A DNA stretch of 64,000 bases from contig OZ242022.1 of NCBI GenBank assembly GCA_965204945.1, forward strand, positions 3,629,788 to 3,693,787, written 5' to 3'. Position numbers and translations under genes: made by a program. This document shows positions 8,234-18,669 of this stretch, in pieces. The stretch comes from Limisphaerales bacterium (GTDB lineage Bacteria; Verrucomicrobiota; Verrucomicrobiia; Limisphaerales; AAA164-E04). Position 1 is the stretch's first letter. Each line of letters opens with the position of its first letter. A model generated the notes under the pieces. That model saw only the letters and a program-made list of their open reading frames with translations. It searched no databases and was not told the DNA's origin.

Positions 8234-9523
8234 ATGAACGCTACCCTCATTCGAGATTTCCTCTGGCGCCGCCGGCTACTGATTGGAATAGCCAGCATCG
8301 CGCATTTTATCATTTATACCGGCCCTGTTGCCAAAGGGTATAGCTTCATCCTGCTTTTCTCATACTTCATTGGGATAATCGTATTTTCACCCGCTCTGAC
8401 GAAAGAAATGGTTCGTCAGATATTGTTGTTGCCCATTGAACGCGCTTGCTTAGTCAAAACTTATTGGGGAATAAGCGTGGCTCTTCCCACCGCTTGGTTC
8501 ATGTTACTGAGCATCATTGCAACGCTGTTCACTTCCCAACTACCATGGTCTACTATTGTGCAAATTCCCGCAGTGGCTTTTGCTTGTTTTAGCCTCAATT
8601 TTTTTGCGGATCGGTTTCTAATCCGACAATTCTCCTTTAAGAGAAAAATTTTTTATGGAACTTTCACATTGATTGGCATATTAGTCGCCTTTTTTGCGAG
8701 CAATATAGGACAATTGCGTCCCGAACACTTTTTTGCAATCTCAGTGGGATCTATCTTCTCGGCAATCGGCTGCAGAGAAACGAACGTCATGCTCGTCAGT
8801 TTGGCAAGCGAAGGCAACTCAGAGGCAAATACATCCACACCGCGCAAACGCCAACAAAAAGAGTTTGCGGAAAATCTAAGCGGCTTCGCTCATTTTGCCG
8901 CAACTTCAATGTTTCAATTCTTGAAAGGGACAATCATTTTATTAGTCTACCTCACTCTGCTAATGACGATAGTGTTAACGATAGTAGAAGCAGTACAAAT
9001 ATACGTCTTCAGATCAAAGGGAGTTATAGAACTGTCGCGAATTATTGACTTTGTTCCCATGTGGCATTCTCTTATTTTTTGTGTAATTCCTTATATCTAT
9101 ATTGCTGCAAAATTGTCCAGTCTTAGGGTATTTCGCGGGTTGCCTTTGAGCGCAAGACAGATCAGTTCCCGGTTTTTCCAACTTCTCTTCGGCGTTGTGT
9201 TAATTCAGGCTGTGCTCTATAGTCTTCTCATGTTTCTTGCCGGCGAAGGCAACTACGACGTTCCCCAACTCTTGATATTATTAGGGTTTTCCGGAATCGG
9301 ATGTCTCTTCATGCCTCTGGTTTTCCACTTCGGTTTTGATAAGATTCTATTCGCCTTTGCTTTTCTTTTCGTTCCCTTTTTGAGTATTGGAGCGTCGCTA
9401 TTCTTCACGATGGCGGTGCTGGGGATTGGGTTGGTTTGCGTCTTGATTTCTTGGTTGCTAACTTGGCGAGTTCTCGCCCGCTCTTCGCAAGCGTATCGCC
9501 GCAATTTGAGGCGTTTTTCGTAA
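8234..9523 (+). CDS. Polytopic membrane protein, probable ABC permease
   Basis: 429 aa with about 12 hydrophobic segments; starts 3 bp after the ATPase stop. Confidence 0.8.
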   Translation: MNATLIRDFLWRRRLLIGIASIAHFIIYTGPVAKGYSFILLFSYFIGIIVFSPALTKEMVRQILLLPIERACLVKTYWGISVALPTAWFMLLSIIATLFTSQLPWSTIVQIPAVAFACFSLNFFADRFLIRQFSFKRKIFYGTFTLIGILVAFFASNIGQLRPEHFFAISVGSIFSAIGCRETNVMLVSLASEGNSEANTSTPRKRQQKEFAENLSGFAHFAATSMFQFLKGTIILLVYLTLLMTIVLTIVEAVQIYVFRSKGVIELSRIIDFVPMWHSLIFCVIPYIYIAAKLSSLRVFRGLPLSARQISSRFFQLLFGVVLIQAVLYSLLMFLAGEGNYDVPQLLILLGFSGIGCLFMPLVFHFGFDKILFAFAFLFVPFLSIGASLFFTMAVLGIGLVCVLISWLLTWRVLARSSQAYRRNLRRFS

Positions 9524-9706
9524 AGCAACAACGAGCTGTCGATTACTCCGCGTTGCAAAGGAAGGAAGAGTCTGCCGTTCTCATCCAACAAGTCTTCGAA
9601 AAACAAACTTGCGGCAAGCCGTCGGTTTTTCGCCAATTGAGCGCGTTGGGAAAACTATGACGTTGGCATTTGTGGTTTGTTTGGCATAAGGTGAGGCGCC
9701 AAACAC

Positions 9707-11467
9707 ATGGCTACCGATGATTCCAACGGGCGAACCGGCGTTCGTTACCAACCAGATGAAAAACCGCCGGCGGCGCTGGCCTTTGGACTCGGCCTTCAAC
9801 TGGCTGTCCTTTGCATAGCCGGCATCGTCTTGACTCCGGCGATTGTGATTCGGTCTGCTGGCGGAAGCGAGGCCTTTCTTTCTTGGGCGGTGTTTGCCGC
9901 GGTGGCGATCAGCGGGGTCACCACAATGATCCAAGCGATCCGGATCGGACGGATCGGCGCGGGCTACGTTCTTTTGATGGGCACTTCCGGCGCCTTCATT
10001 GCGGTGTGCATTACGGCGATTGCGGACGGCGGGCCGGCGATGCTCGCCACTTTGGTTTTTGCTTCATCACTCTTTCAGTTTGCCTTGTCCGCGCGCCTTT
10101 CGCTGTTTCGACGGATTCTGACGCCAACCGTTGCGGGAACGGTCATCATGCTGATCCCAGTGACGGTGATGCCGATCATCTTTGATCTGTTGAAAGACGT
10201 TCCGGAGGGATCCCCGGCGCCGGCCGCTCCGTTGAGCGCCTTTGCAACGGTGATCATCATTGCCGGCATTGCCTTGAAAGCGACGGGAGCGCTGCGGCTT
10301 TGGGCGCCGGTCATCGGCGTCTTTGTCGGCTCGACGGTAGCGGCGTTTTTTGGGATTTACGACGTCGACCGCATTGCCGAAGCTCCATGGATTGGTCTTC
10401 CCAAAGGGGAATGGCCGGGGTTGGACTTCAGTTTCGGGCCGGTGTTTTGGGCGTTACTGCCGGCCTTTGTGTTTGTGACGCTGGTCGGCGCCATAGAAAC
10501 GATCGGCGATTCGGTGGCCATCCAACAAGTCTCCTGGCGCCGTCAACGAGCAGTAGATTTCCGGGCGGTGCAGGGCGCCGTGGCTGCGGACGGATTGGGA
10601 AATCTGTTGTCCGGCCTTGCGGGAACGGTGCCGAATACAACTTATTCCACAAGTGTTTCAGTGACCGAGTTGACCGGCGTGGGTGCCCGCAGCGTGGGAA
10701 TCGCTGTTGGAGCGGTGTTTCTCTTTTTGGCATTCTTGCCCAAGGGACTGGCCGTGTTTTTGGCGATACCGGGTCCGGTCGCTGCAGCCTACCTGACCGT
10801 TCTGTTGGCAATGCTCTTTGTCGTCGGCATGAAGATCGTCGTTCAAGACGGGATTGACTACCGCAAAGGATTGGTGGCCGGCATCGGCTTTTGGGTCGGC
10901 GCCGGATTTCAAAACGGCGACATCTTTCCCGAATACTTCTCAGAATTCGCTGGCGGGCTGTTGCAGAACGGGATGACGGCCGGCTGCTTGACGGCCATTC
11001 TATTAACCTTGTTTATAGAGATCACAGAAGCCCGGCGGCGGCTGGAAATGGAATTCGACCTTTCCGCCCTGCCCAAAGTGCGGAAGTTCCTCAACGACTT
11101 CGCCTCCCGCAGCGGTTGGAACAAGGCCATGTCCGGCCGACTTGAATCCGCCAGCGAGGAAACCTTGCTAACGCTCTTTCAGCGAGACAACGACGGAAAA
11201 GAACGCCGACGACACTTGCTCCTCATTGCTCACAAGGAAGAAAACGGAGCGGTTCTTGAATTCGTCGCCTCCGCCAGCAAGGAAAACCTCGAAGACCGAA
11301 TCGCGTTGCTTGGCGAGCAGAATGCGAAAACGCCGGCTGAGCGGGAAATTTCCCTTCGCCTGCTGAGGCACTTCGCCTCCTCAGTTCGTCACCAGCAATA
11401 CCACGACACAGACATCATAACCATCCGCGTAAGTCCCCCAGAACCGGGCAACGACAAGCCCTTTTAA
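9707..11467 (+). CDS. NCS2 (xanthine/uracil) permease with C-terminal HATPase_c-like domain
   Basis: NCS2 features (GLQ in TM1, ETIGD, ADGLGN, GTVPNTTYSTS signature region), followed by ~140-aa soluble tail. Confidence 0.88.
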   Translation: MATDDSNGRTGVRYQPDEKPPAALAFGLGLQLAVLCIAGIVLTPAIVIRSAGGSEAFLSWAVFAAVAISGVTTMIQAIRIGRIGAGYVLLMGTSGAFIAVCITAIADGGPAMLATLVFASSLFQFALSARLSLFRRILTPTVAGTVIMLIPVTVMPIIFDLLKDVPEGSPAPAAPLSAFATVIIIAGIALKATGALRLWAPVIGVFVGSTVAAFFGIYDVDRIAEAPWIGLPKGEWPGLDFSFGPVFWALLPAFVFVTLVGAIETIGDSVAIQQVSWRRQRAVDFRAVQGAVAADGLGNLLSGLAGTVPNTTYSTSVSVTELTGVGARSVGIAVGAVFLFLAFLPKGLAVFLAIPGPVAAAYLTVLLAMLFVVGMKIVVQDGIDYRKGLVAGIGFWVGAGFQNGDIFPEYFSEFAGGLLQNGMTAGCLTAILLTLFIEITEARRRLEMEFDLSALPKVRKFLNDFASRSGWNKAMSGRLESASEETLLTLFQRDNDGKERRRHLLLIAHKEENGAVLEFVASASKENLEDRIALLGEQNAKTPAEREISLRLLRHFASSVRHQQYHDTDIITIRVSPPEPGNDKPF

Positions 11468-13833
11468 CTAGAACTATAATGGAACGAAAATTTAACTTAA
11501 TACCGCGAGACGCCAACATAATCTTCTCCATTCATAAACCAACCCTAATACAAAGTTTACGTTAATTGAATTGTGAATCGCCATCGGCAGTATGTTTCTC
11601 CCACACTCGGCAAAGCCTAAAAGCATCCTCCACATGAAACATTAAACAACCCATACTTCCCTCGCCAAATTTCTATAAGAAACCACGAAAACAGATTCCC
11701 CACCAACCGTTATAGCCAAAAATCAATGGAAGCCTTGAGAAGATCCTTGAGTGGCAAGTTATTGACTGGAAAAACTCAAAACAAACAACAGCGAAACATA
11801 TTTACTATCGTCTCCCAAGTATTCCATCTTGACCGCTTACTTTGAAAACCAAAAAAATCTCTTCATATAATTACATCAAGCCATCCCAGATAGCTTTCTT
11901 TAGAAAAAGCATGGAGAAAGCAGTTGGACAAACGAACCAGAGCAAGCGCGCTATATTTCCAGCAACATCCACCTTATCGACAATAGCAACCGTACAAGTG
12001 ACAATCTACCCGGTAGAGGCGTATTACTTGAAGTTGTCGTGATTCCCCCTCAATGCACTGCCAGCATGCATAACCTGAGCAATCCCGTCCCAAACTCTGA
12101 TGTATATGGACGAGGATACCAAGAGCATTGCAACGTCGACAACTTCACCACCGATGTGAATCGCAGCAATCCGTGAATTAACTTGCCTCTTGCCCCTCTC
12201 CCCATCCCAATGCTTCATAAAACCCGCCCAACCACTCTGGAAACTCTACCTAATATCTCAACCTCCAATCCCTTCTCTTCACATCGCTAAACAACATCTT
12301 ATTTAGATTATCAAATCCTTCCCTTCCTGCTAATCAATATGAACGGCGAGATCCAAAGAAACATTGCGGAGAATCCAAAACGACCCGGCTCACGCATCAC
12401 CTCGCAAAACATAAGACGGGGTGCCAGGTCAAATAATAAGGAAACACTCATGTCTCCCCCTTCAAGCACAGCATCGGCAAGCCTTCCTCCTCGCCCCCGC
12501 AATCCCAATCCGCCAACAAGATTGATTCCGATAAACAACCACCCAAGCATGGAACTATGGACATCGCTCTGCCCTTCTCCTCTTGCCGTTTCCGCCGCCA
12601 AAGAAGTGTTTTCCCGCACTCAAAACACATTCTCAACCCGAACGGAAAGTAGCCCGGCAACATCAAAGGCCGCCATTGTAAATATGACCTCTCCCATCAG
12701 AAGTTGAACCTTCGAGCCAGCCCTCCTCTATAAGCCCTTTGACTGCCCCTACAAACTCTAGGAATTGTGGAGGGTTTTTAGTTTGACATATCAACTTCCC
12801 CGCCTCTACCCTCTAAACCTTGCCGACGGTTGTGGACTTTTGCCTTGGCGCATCGCCTTGCGTCCCCAGAGAAACCGCCTCCACAAAATCGGCTGACGTG
12901 GGGTTCGCGTTTCCAGCAAGAGAAACCAAACCTCACATGCCAACATATATAGTTTATAGATTGAGTTCTACCGGTCGTGTTCTTCCTTTCCCTACGCTCC
13001 TGAGAAATCAAATCCGACCGGCAAAGTCTATAGATTGTTAGAATGACTGGGCAACTTGTGAGGAAGGCGTTTGAGGGAGGCTTTTCTCTGCCCGGCGGCG
13101 CGTCCGGGCTTAAATTGTATGATATGGAGGCCAACTGGTAGGCGGCCGACTTCGCTGTTTAGAGGCGGGTTCGGCCGTGCATGCAAAAGCGCGTTGGGCG
13201 ATCCTGGATCGAAGGCGGCGGAGGCAAGACGGTGCATCATTTGGCGCTCTTTCCATTTTTTGATGAGGACAAAGAGACCGTCGTAGATGTCGAATTTCCG
13301 CAGATTCTTCATCCTTCTGTTTTCCGGACTTTTGATTCAACGATATTAGATTTTTGTTGTTATTATTGAGCAAGGTGTGGATCGGCATGGATTGTAAATT
13401 GGTAGTCGCTATTTCTTCATTCTTTATTTCTTTCCAAAAATTCCGATGATTTAGCGTAGAGTATAGTTAGGTTGGTAGAGAAATGGGCATACTCGTTGGG
13501 GTTATCGTTTCTTTTGTTTGGCGGCTTCGTTCCGGATCAATCTTTGAAGAAGGTTGTGTTCGTTGCCGTTCTTTGATTCGGAATTCGCTTTCTTGGACTA
13601 GAGATCGGGAATGATTTTGGTGGGACTTCGTCTTTGGGAAGGGAATTGTCGGCGTTTGGGTTCATCTTGGTTTTTGGGATTTGTGGTGTTACAGGGAAGG
13701 TTTCATGATGGAGGTATCTTTTTTTGTGTTTCTTTCAAATCGTTTTTGAAGTTGAGAGGGGCTCTGTTTTAGCGGAATTGAGGAGTCTTTCTCTGCTTGT
13801 GGAAAGCCATTGGCAGTTTTGGCAACGAATGAC

Positions 13834-13862
13834 TTGACTTTTCGCGCGTTCCTGTGCAAAAT
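13834..13862 (+). promoter_or_regulatory. Putative sigma70 promoter
   Basis: TTGACT-17 bp-CAAAAT, about 55 bp upstream of ATG 13918. Confidence 0.5.
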
Positions 13863-13917
13863 AAGGGTTTTGCATCGCAGCGGAAAAAATTCGTGAAATA
13901 GATAGTTATTAATTGGG

Positions 13918-14889
13918 ATGACAACACAAACGGCGCCTTGGGTGACTTTTCGGTCTGAGATTAAAGTATTGGATTGTACGATTCGGGATGGGGGTTTGAT
14001 TAACGATCACTTGTTTGAAGACAATTTTGTTCGAGCGGTATACGATACGTGTAGGGAATCAGGGATTGACTACATGGAGATAGGCTATAAGGGATCGAAA
14101 AAGCTTTTTGCCCGGGATCAGTTTGGAGACTGGAAATACTGCGACGAGGATCACATCCGCCGAATTGTGGGCGACAATGAAGGCTCGTTGAAGTTGTCGG
14201 CTATGGCCGATGCGGAGAAAACGGACTACAGGGAAGATATTTTGCCCAAAGAGCGAAGCGTTTTGGATTGCATCCGCGTTGCCGCTTATGTGCATCAAAT
14301 TCCGGTTGCGGTGGATATGATTCGGGATGCGCATGACAAGGGCTACGAAACGACGTGCAATATTATGGCGATTTCGACCGTTGGCGATTCCGAAATTGAT
14401 CAGGCACTGGCGACGTTGATGGAAACTCCTGTGGATACCGTAGTGGTGGTGGACAGTTACGGCGCTCTTTATTACGAGCAGATTCGCCGGCTGGTGCAAA
14501 AGTATTTGAAGGCGGGGCGGGCTGTTGGCAAAGAAGTCGGCATTCATGCGCACAACAATCAGCAGATTGCTTTTGCGAACACTATTGAGGCGATTATCCA
14601 AGGCGCCAATCGGGTTGATGCGACGATGTACGGTCTCGGCCGCGGTGCGGGGAATTGCCCGATGGAGCTTTTGATCGGCTTTCTCCGCAATCCAAAGTTC
14701 CGGCTGCGACCGGTCTTGAAACTTTTGCAAGACTATCTCTTGCCGCTTCGGGAGCGGATAGAGTGGGGGCCTTTGGTGCCGTACGGCATTACCGGCTTGC
14801 TTAATCAGCATCCCCGCGCGGCGATGAGGTTCCGCGCCGGCGACCGAAGGGATCAGTTTGTGGAGTTTTATGATTTGTGCAATCAGTAG
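13918..14889 (+). CDS. HMGL-like / DRE-TIM metallolyase (4-hydroxy-2-oxovalerate aldolase-like)
   Basis: DCTIRDGG, DSYG, GIHAHNNQQ, GLGRGAGNCPME. Confidence 0.9.
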   Translation: MTTQTAPWVTFRSEIKVLDCTIRDGGLINDHLFEDNFVRAVYDTCRESGIDYMEIGYKGSKKLFARDQFGDWKYCDEDHIRRIVGDNEGSLKLSAMADAEKTDYREDILPKERSVLDCIRVAAYVHQIPVAVDMIRDAHDKGYETTCNIMAISTVGDSEIDQALATLMETPVDTVVVVDSYGALYYEQIRRLVQKYLKAGRAVGKEVGIHAHNNQQIAFANTIEAIIQGANRVDATMYGLGRGAGNCPMELLIGFLRNPKFRLRPVLKLLQDYLLPLRERIEWGPLVPYGITGLLNQHPRAAMRFRAGDRRDQFVEFYDLCNQ

Positions 14890-14987
14890 AAGGCTCATTG
14901 GGTGAGGACAATGGGACCGTTTTAAATTTAAATTTGGCGCGAAGGAATGCCGAAGTTTGAGGGCGTGAAATTTAATTTTTTAGTCGC

Positions 14988-15016
14988 TTGCATTCGGGTC
15001 GGCGTGCGGTTATGGT
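14988..15016 (+). promoter_or_regulatory. rnpB promoter
   Basis: TTGCAT-17 bp-TATGGT, 7 bp before the P1 helix start. Confidence 0.65.
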
Positions 15017-15023
15017 TGGAGGC

Positions 15024-15475
15024 GTCCCGGATGAGCGGAGGGTCGCTCTCGGCAAGTTGGCAACACCAAGGTTTGTCATTTTACCCGGGTTTGCGAATTT
15101 TGCCGGGGGAGGAAAGTCCGAACTCCATAGGGCACGATGCCGTGTAACCAAGGCGCCGGCGCTTTGTCGCCGGTGGCTGCGGGCATACACGGGAGGGATT
15201 GCCGCGAGGCATCTCGGCGGAAAGTGCCACAGAAAACAAACCGTCCGGATTTATTCGGATAAGGGTGAAAAGGTGGGGTAAGAGCCCACCGCTCCCGGAG
15301 TAATCCGCGGAGGCACGGCAAACCCCATTGGGAGCAAGATCGAATAGAGGACTTTGGAGTTGCCCGCTCCGTTTGCCGGCTTTGCCGGTGACAGTTCCGG
15401 GTGGATCGCTGAGATGAATGATCCTCTCTGTTCTTAGGAACGCAGACAGAATTCGGCTTACAGCTTGTTCGGGAC
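15024..15475 (+). ncRNA. rnpB: RNase P RNA (bacterial type A-like)
   Basis: GAGGAAAGTCC (15109), ACAGAAAACAAACCG, GGTAAGAGC, GGCAAACCCC, ACAGAATTCGGCTTA; P1 pairing GTCCCG (15024) with CGGGAC (15470-15475). Confidence 0.97.
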
Positions 15476-16993
15476 ACTTTTGCGCCCCCCGGTTTTTTCC
15501 GATCGGGGGGCTTTTGTTTCCGCGCTGGACGCGGCCGGGGGTTGCGTTGTTTGCTTGCCGTTGCCGGGGTGGGAAATTTGCCGAAGGATTTTTTGAAGGA
15601 GCCGGCGAAATTCTCGTTCGGCGTTTTCCTGCTTTTCCAAGGACGCGCTGGCGGTTGTAGAGCGAATGAACCGGGCGCAAATTTTTCTTTGTTCTTGGCT
15701 CCAACGCCGTGTGAATCCTTGTTCGGCGTCTTTTGGTTTGGCGGATTGAGACGTCTTCTCGTCCGTTGGCAGGGGACGCGCGTGCGCCCAGTTGGCGACG
15801 TGTTGGAAGTAGAGCAGGGCGCGGTCGATAAGGATGAAGGGGAATTGAGGGTTGGCGTTAGGGCCGACGGTGATTTTGACGCCGCCGAGCTTCTGTTTTT
15901 TGATGCTGGCGCGGGCGAGGGTTTCTCCCTTTAGCCAAGCGGCGCTGGCTCCTGCGGCGGCGCCTGAGAGGGTGAAAAGGCCGAAGGCAAGTCCGGCGGC
16001 CAGCAAGTCTAGTTTGACGCCCAATCCGCCGCCAAGGATCGCGGCCGTTGAAATGATTTGTTTTTTGGAAAGTCCTAAAACTTGCCAGGTGCGGGAGGCA
16101 AGCAAGTTTTCATGAAGGACGGACTGCGGGGGAACGTCGACGTTGAAGATGTTGTGTTTGAATAGGCGGCGGATTTGCCGATGGCCTTTTTGTTCGATTT
16201 CAAGGAGTGTTTTTCGGTATTTCTCTCGCAAAAGGCCTTGGGCGTTGGCTTCTTCGTTTGGCTGGAAGAGGAGTTTGGATTCTGTGTGCGCAATGGCGTT
16301 TCGGGCGATGTTGCAGAGGATGCCGGCGACTTGGCGGATTCGGTTTGTCCAATCTTCTTCGAAGGCGCTGATGGCGGCGGCTAAGGCTGGTTCCCAATCT
16401 TGGTGGATGCTTTTGAGGCTTTCCAGCAAGGCGATGCGCTCGGCGTAGGTTGCTTGATGAGCGTTGAAGGTTCGGATGGAGTTGAACGATTTGGCGCAAG
16501 CGCTTTTCCATAGGGCAATGTAGGTGTTGTCGGAGTCTTTGGGATTGATTATCGCCATTCTGGGGTTGCCGGTCAGTCTCAGGATTTCTATTTCCATTCG
16601 GTCGGCAATGCTGATGGGGCGGCTTCCGTCGACGACGTAGATAATGCCGCTGCCTTGAGCGAGCGGCCTCAACAATTCAAGGTCGTGCGCCAAACCGGAA
16701 TCGCCGGAGTGGGAGGCCAGAAATTGTTCCGCCAAGTTGGATGACGAGGCTTCGCGCTGGCGAAACCATTGGAGAATTTGCCGCGGATGCTGAAATCCCG
16801 GAGTGTCCACAAATTGAATCACCGTGCGTCCGTCGATGCGGACGGGATATTCTCGGTTGACGGTAGTTTCTCCGGGAAACGGGCTGATGCGGACTGAATC
16901 GTTTTCCGTCAAAGTGGCGACCACCGAAGATTTCCCTTCGTTGGGATGGCCGACGACGGCATAGGCGGGGATTGGGTTACTTGCCGTCATCAT
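15458..16993 (-). CDS. GTPase with DUF3482-like C-terminal domain
   Basis: G1 GHPNEGKSS, G2 PGETT, G3 DTPG; central hydrophobic Gly/Ala-rich segment. Confidence 0.85.
   Translation of the reverse strand: MMTASNPIPAYAVVGHPNEGKSSVVATLTENDSVRISPFPGETTVNREYPVRIDGRTVIQFVDTPGFQHPRQILQWFRQREASSSNLAEQFLASHSGDSGLAHDLELLRPLAQGSGIIYVVDGSRPISIADRMEIEILRLTGNPRMAIINPKDSDNTYIALWKSACAKSFNSIRTFNAHQATYAERIALLESLKSIHQDWEPALAAAISAFEEDWTNRIRQVAGILCNIARNAIAHTESKLLFQPNEEANAQGLLREKYRKTLLEIEQKGHRQIRRLFKHNIFNVDVPPQSVLHENLLASRTWQVLGLSKKQIISTAAILGGGLGVKLDLLAAGLAFGLFTLSGAAAGASAAWLKGETLARASIKKQKLGGVKITVGPNANPQFPFILIDRALLYFQHVANWAHARPLPTDEKTSQSAKPKDAEQGFTRRWSQEQRKICARFIRSTTASASLEKQENAEREFRRLLQKILRQISHPGNGKQTTQPPAASSAETKAPRSEKTGGRKSVPNKL
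15484..15519 (+). terminator. Intrinsic terminator of rnpB
   Basis: GCCCCCCGGT/ATCGGGGGGC 10-bp stem followed by TTTTGTTT. Confidence 0.75.
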
Positions 16994-18590
16994 TGCGGAT
17001 TGCCGGGGACGCCACCGCGAGATTTGCGTCTCCGAGGGACTGGACGGATCGTTCCCAGATTTGGCGGTGGATTTCGCTTACGGCGCCGATTTGCCCTGTA
17101 TCCTCCGTCCGTCCGACAAGAAGTACGATCGTTTTTCCGCCCGCGTCTTGAGTTTCTTTGAGCCGTTTTAGCCAGTCCAAAAACTCGCGGATTGGAGGTT
17201 GAAAACTCTCTTGCAGGACGATGATCCGGGCATAGGCGTCTTGGGATCGCATCGGATCCAATGCCTTCGAAAAGTCTTCCCACGATTCATTTTCGTTAGG
17301 AAGCGAAATCCATCTGCGAACCCGCCAATGAATTTGCCGATGAATCCATTCGTTGACGGCTTCGCGCCGGATGCGCTTGGCCAATTCAGGCTCGGCAAGA
17401 AGCAAGGCGGTCTGGGGGTTCGCGGAACAAACGGCCGTTGTTGGCTGTTTTTCTTTCGGCGTTTGGCAAAAGGGAGGATTCGCCGTGAATGCCGCCGATG
17501 ATTCTTCGTCAACAGCAGTTCGAAGTTGCCGGCGGATCATGCTTTCCCAAAGCCAATCGCAGCGCAGCGAATCAAAGCCGATCTTTCCCAACTGCCGGCG
17601 AATGATTCCCCAAGCAACAAGCCAGAGCAGAAGACGCGGAAGCAAACCATACACGAGAAGCGAACATACGAGAAAAGGCCACCAAGCGACCAAATTTTCG
17701 TTAGCCAGCGATCGGATGCCGTCCTTGAGGCGGATTCGGCTGCCTTCAATTTGCAAAACCGAGGGCGAGCCGGCCGGATAAAACGACGACCAAGGATGGG
17801 CAACGACGCGAGTTGCTCGATGCACGCTTTCAGCGGAAAGATTCAGCGAAGATTGCCAACCGAAAGCGCGGTCGCTAAATGAGATCAGCAAAAGAGTCGA
17901 CGCAACGGCGGCAATATTGAACCAAACGCCAAAAGTTTGCGCCAAGCCGGCGACCAAACCGGCCAGCAACGGTCGATAGCGCGAATGTTTCTTTCCTAAG
18001 GAACCGAGAAAGGCGGCGATTCGAAGGCGCGCTTCGCCGCTGCTTCGTCTCAGAACGTCCTTTTGCATGCCGGCCGCAATTTGCTTCCAGAGGCGGTAAA
18101 TTACCGGAGCAATGATTCCGGTCTCCATACTCAACAAGCCAAGAGGCCGAAGAATCATCGACGCAAAAGAGGCGGACAGCAGAAGCAGTTGGCCTCCGAG
18201 CAGAAAAAAGAGAAAGCCGAAGACGTTGACCGGTTGAATTCCATCGTAGTGGAGCAAACCGGCGCTGGACAGGGCGCCGGCGAACACGGCGACGACGATG
18301 AATGCGCGAGTCAACAGAGTTTTGCCGCGGCAAAAGAGAGCGCCCGGCCAGATTGTCGAAGGCGGCGCTTGGTTTCGTTGCGCTTCCAGCCAAAATCGAA
18401 AAACCCGGCGGCGATCCAAGGAATCGGCCATTTCTCTTTTGCGGGCGGCGAGAAATGCCAAGAAAACTTTGCGGTGAGAGGAATCCAACTCCAAGCCGGA
18501 CTCCTCCGCTCTTTCAACTGCGTAATCAAAGTCCAGGACGTCTTCCAATCGCCACCGCGCCGTCCCATCGGCTGGAATCTTGCCGGGCAT
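16977..18590 (-). CDS. DUF2868-like membrane protein
   Basis: TM segments, AFGWQSSL and WWPFL..LLVYGLLPRL motifs; overlaps the GTPase start. Start placed at ATG 18590 because the upstream ORF extension overlaps the glutaredoxin gene. Confidence 0.8.
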   Translation of the reverse strand: MPGKIPADGTARWRLEDVLDFDYAVERAEESGLELDSSHRKVFLAFLAARKREMADSLDRRRVFRFWLEAQRNQAPPSTIWPGALFCRGKTLLTRAFIVVAVFAGALSSAGLLHYDGIQPVNVFGFLFFLLGGQLLLLSASFASMILRPLGLLSMETGIIAPVIYRLWKQIAAGMQKDVLRRSSGEARLRIAAFLGSLGKKHSRYRPLLAGLVAGLAQTFGVWFNIAAVASTLLLISFSDRAFGWQSSLNLSAESVHRATRVVAHPWSSFYPAGSPSVLQIEGSRIRLKDGIRSLANENLVAWWPFLVCSLLVYGLLPRLLLWLVAWGIIRRQLGKIGFDSLRCDWLWESMIRRQLRTAVDEESSAAFTANPPFCQTPKEKQPTTAVCSANPQTALLLAEPELAKRIRREAVNEWIHRQIHWRVRRWISLPNENESWEDFSKALDPMRSQDAYARIIVLQESFQPPIREFLDWLKRLKETQDAGGKTIVLLVGRTEDTGQIGAVSEIHRQIWERSVQSLGDANLAVASPAIRNDDGK

Positions 18591-18669
18591 TATCGCGTCG
18601 ATGGATTGGAAACAAAAACGCGAAGCCGCCCTTCTCTTCGCGTTGGATCCAACGGATCGGAAACCCCTC

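Noticed and set aside
12311-13388. Several 60-120 aa ORFs (e.g. 12339-12707, 12778-13134, 13028-13312)
   Set aside because: Composition simply mirrors the nucleotide skew; no motifs or convincing RBS.
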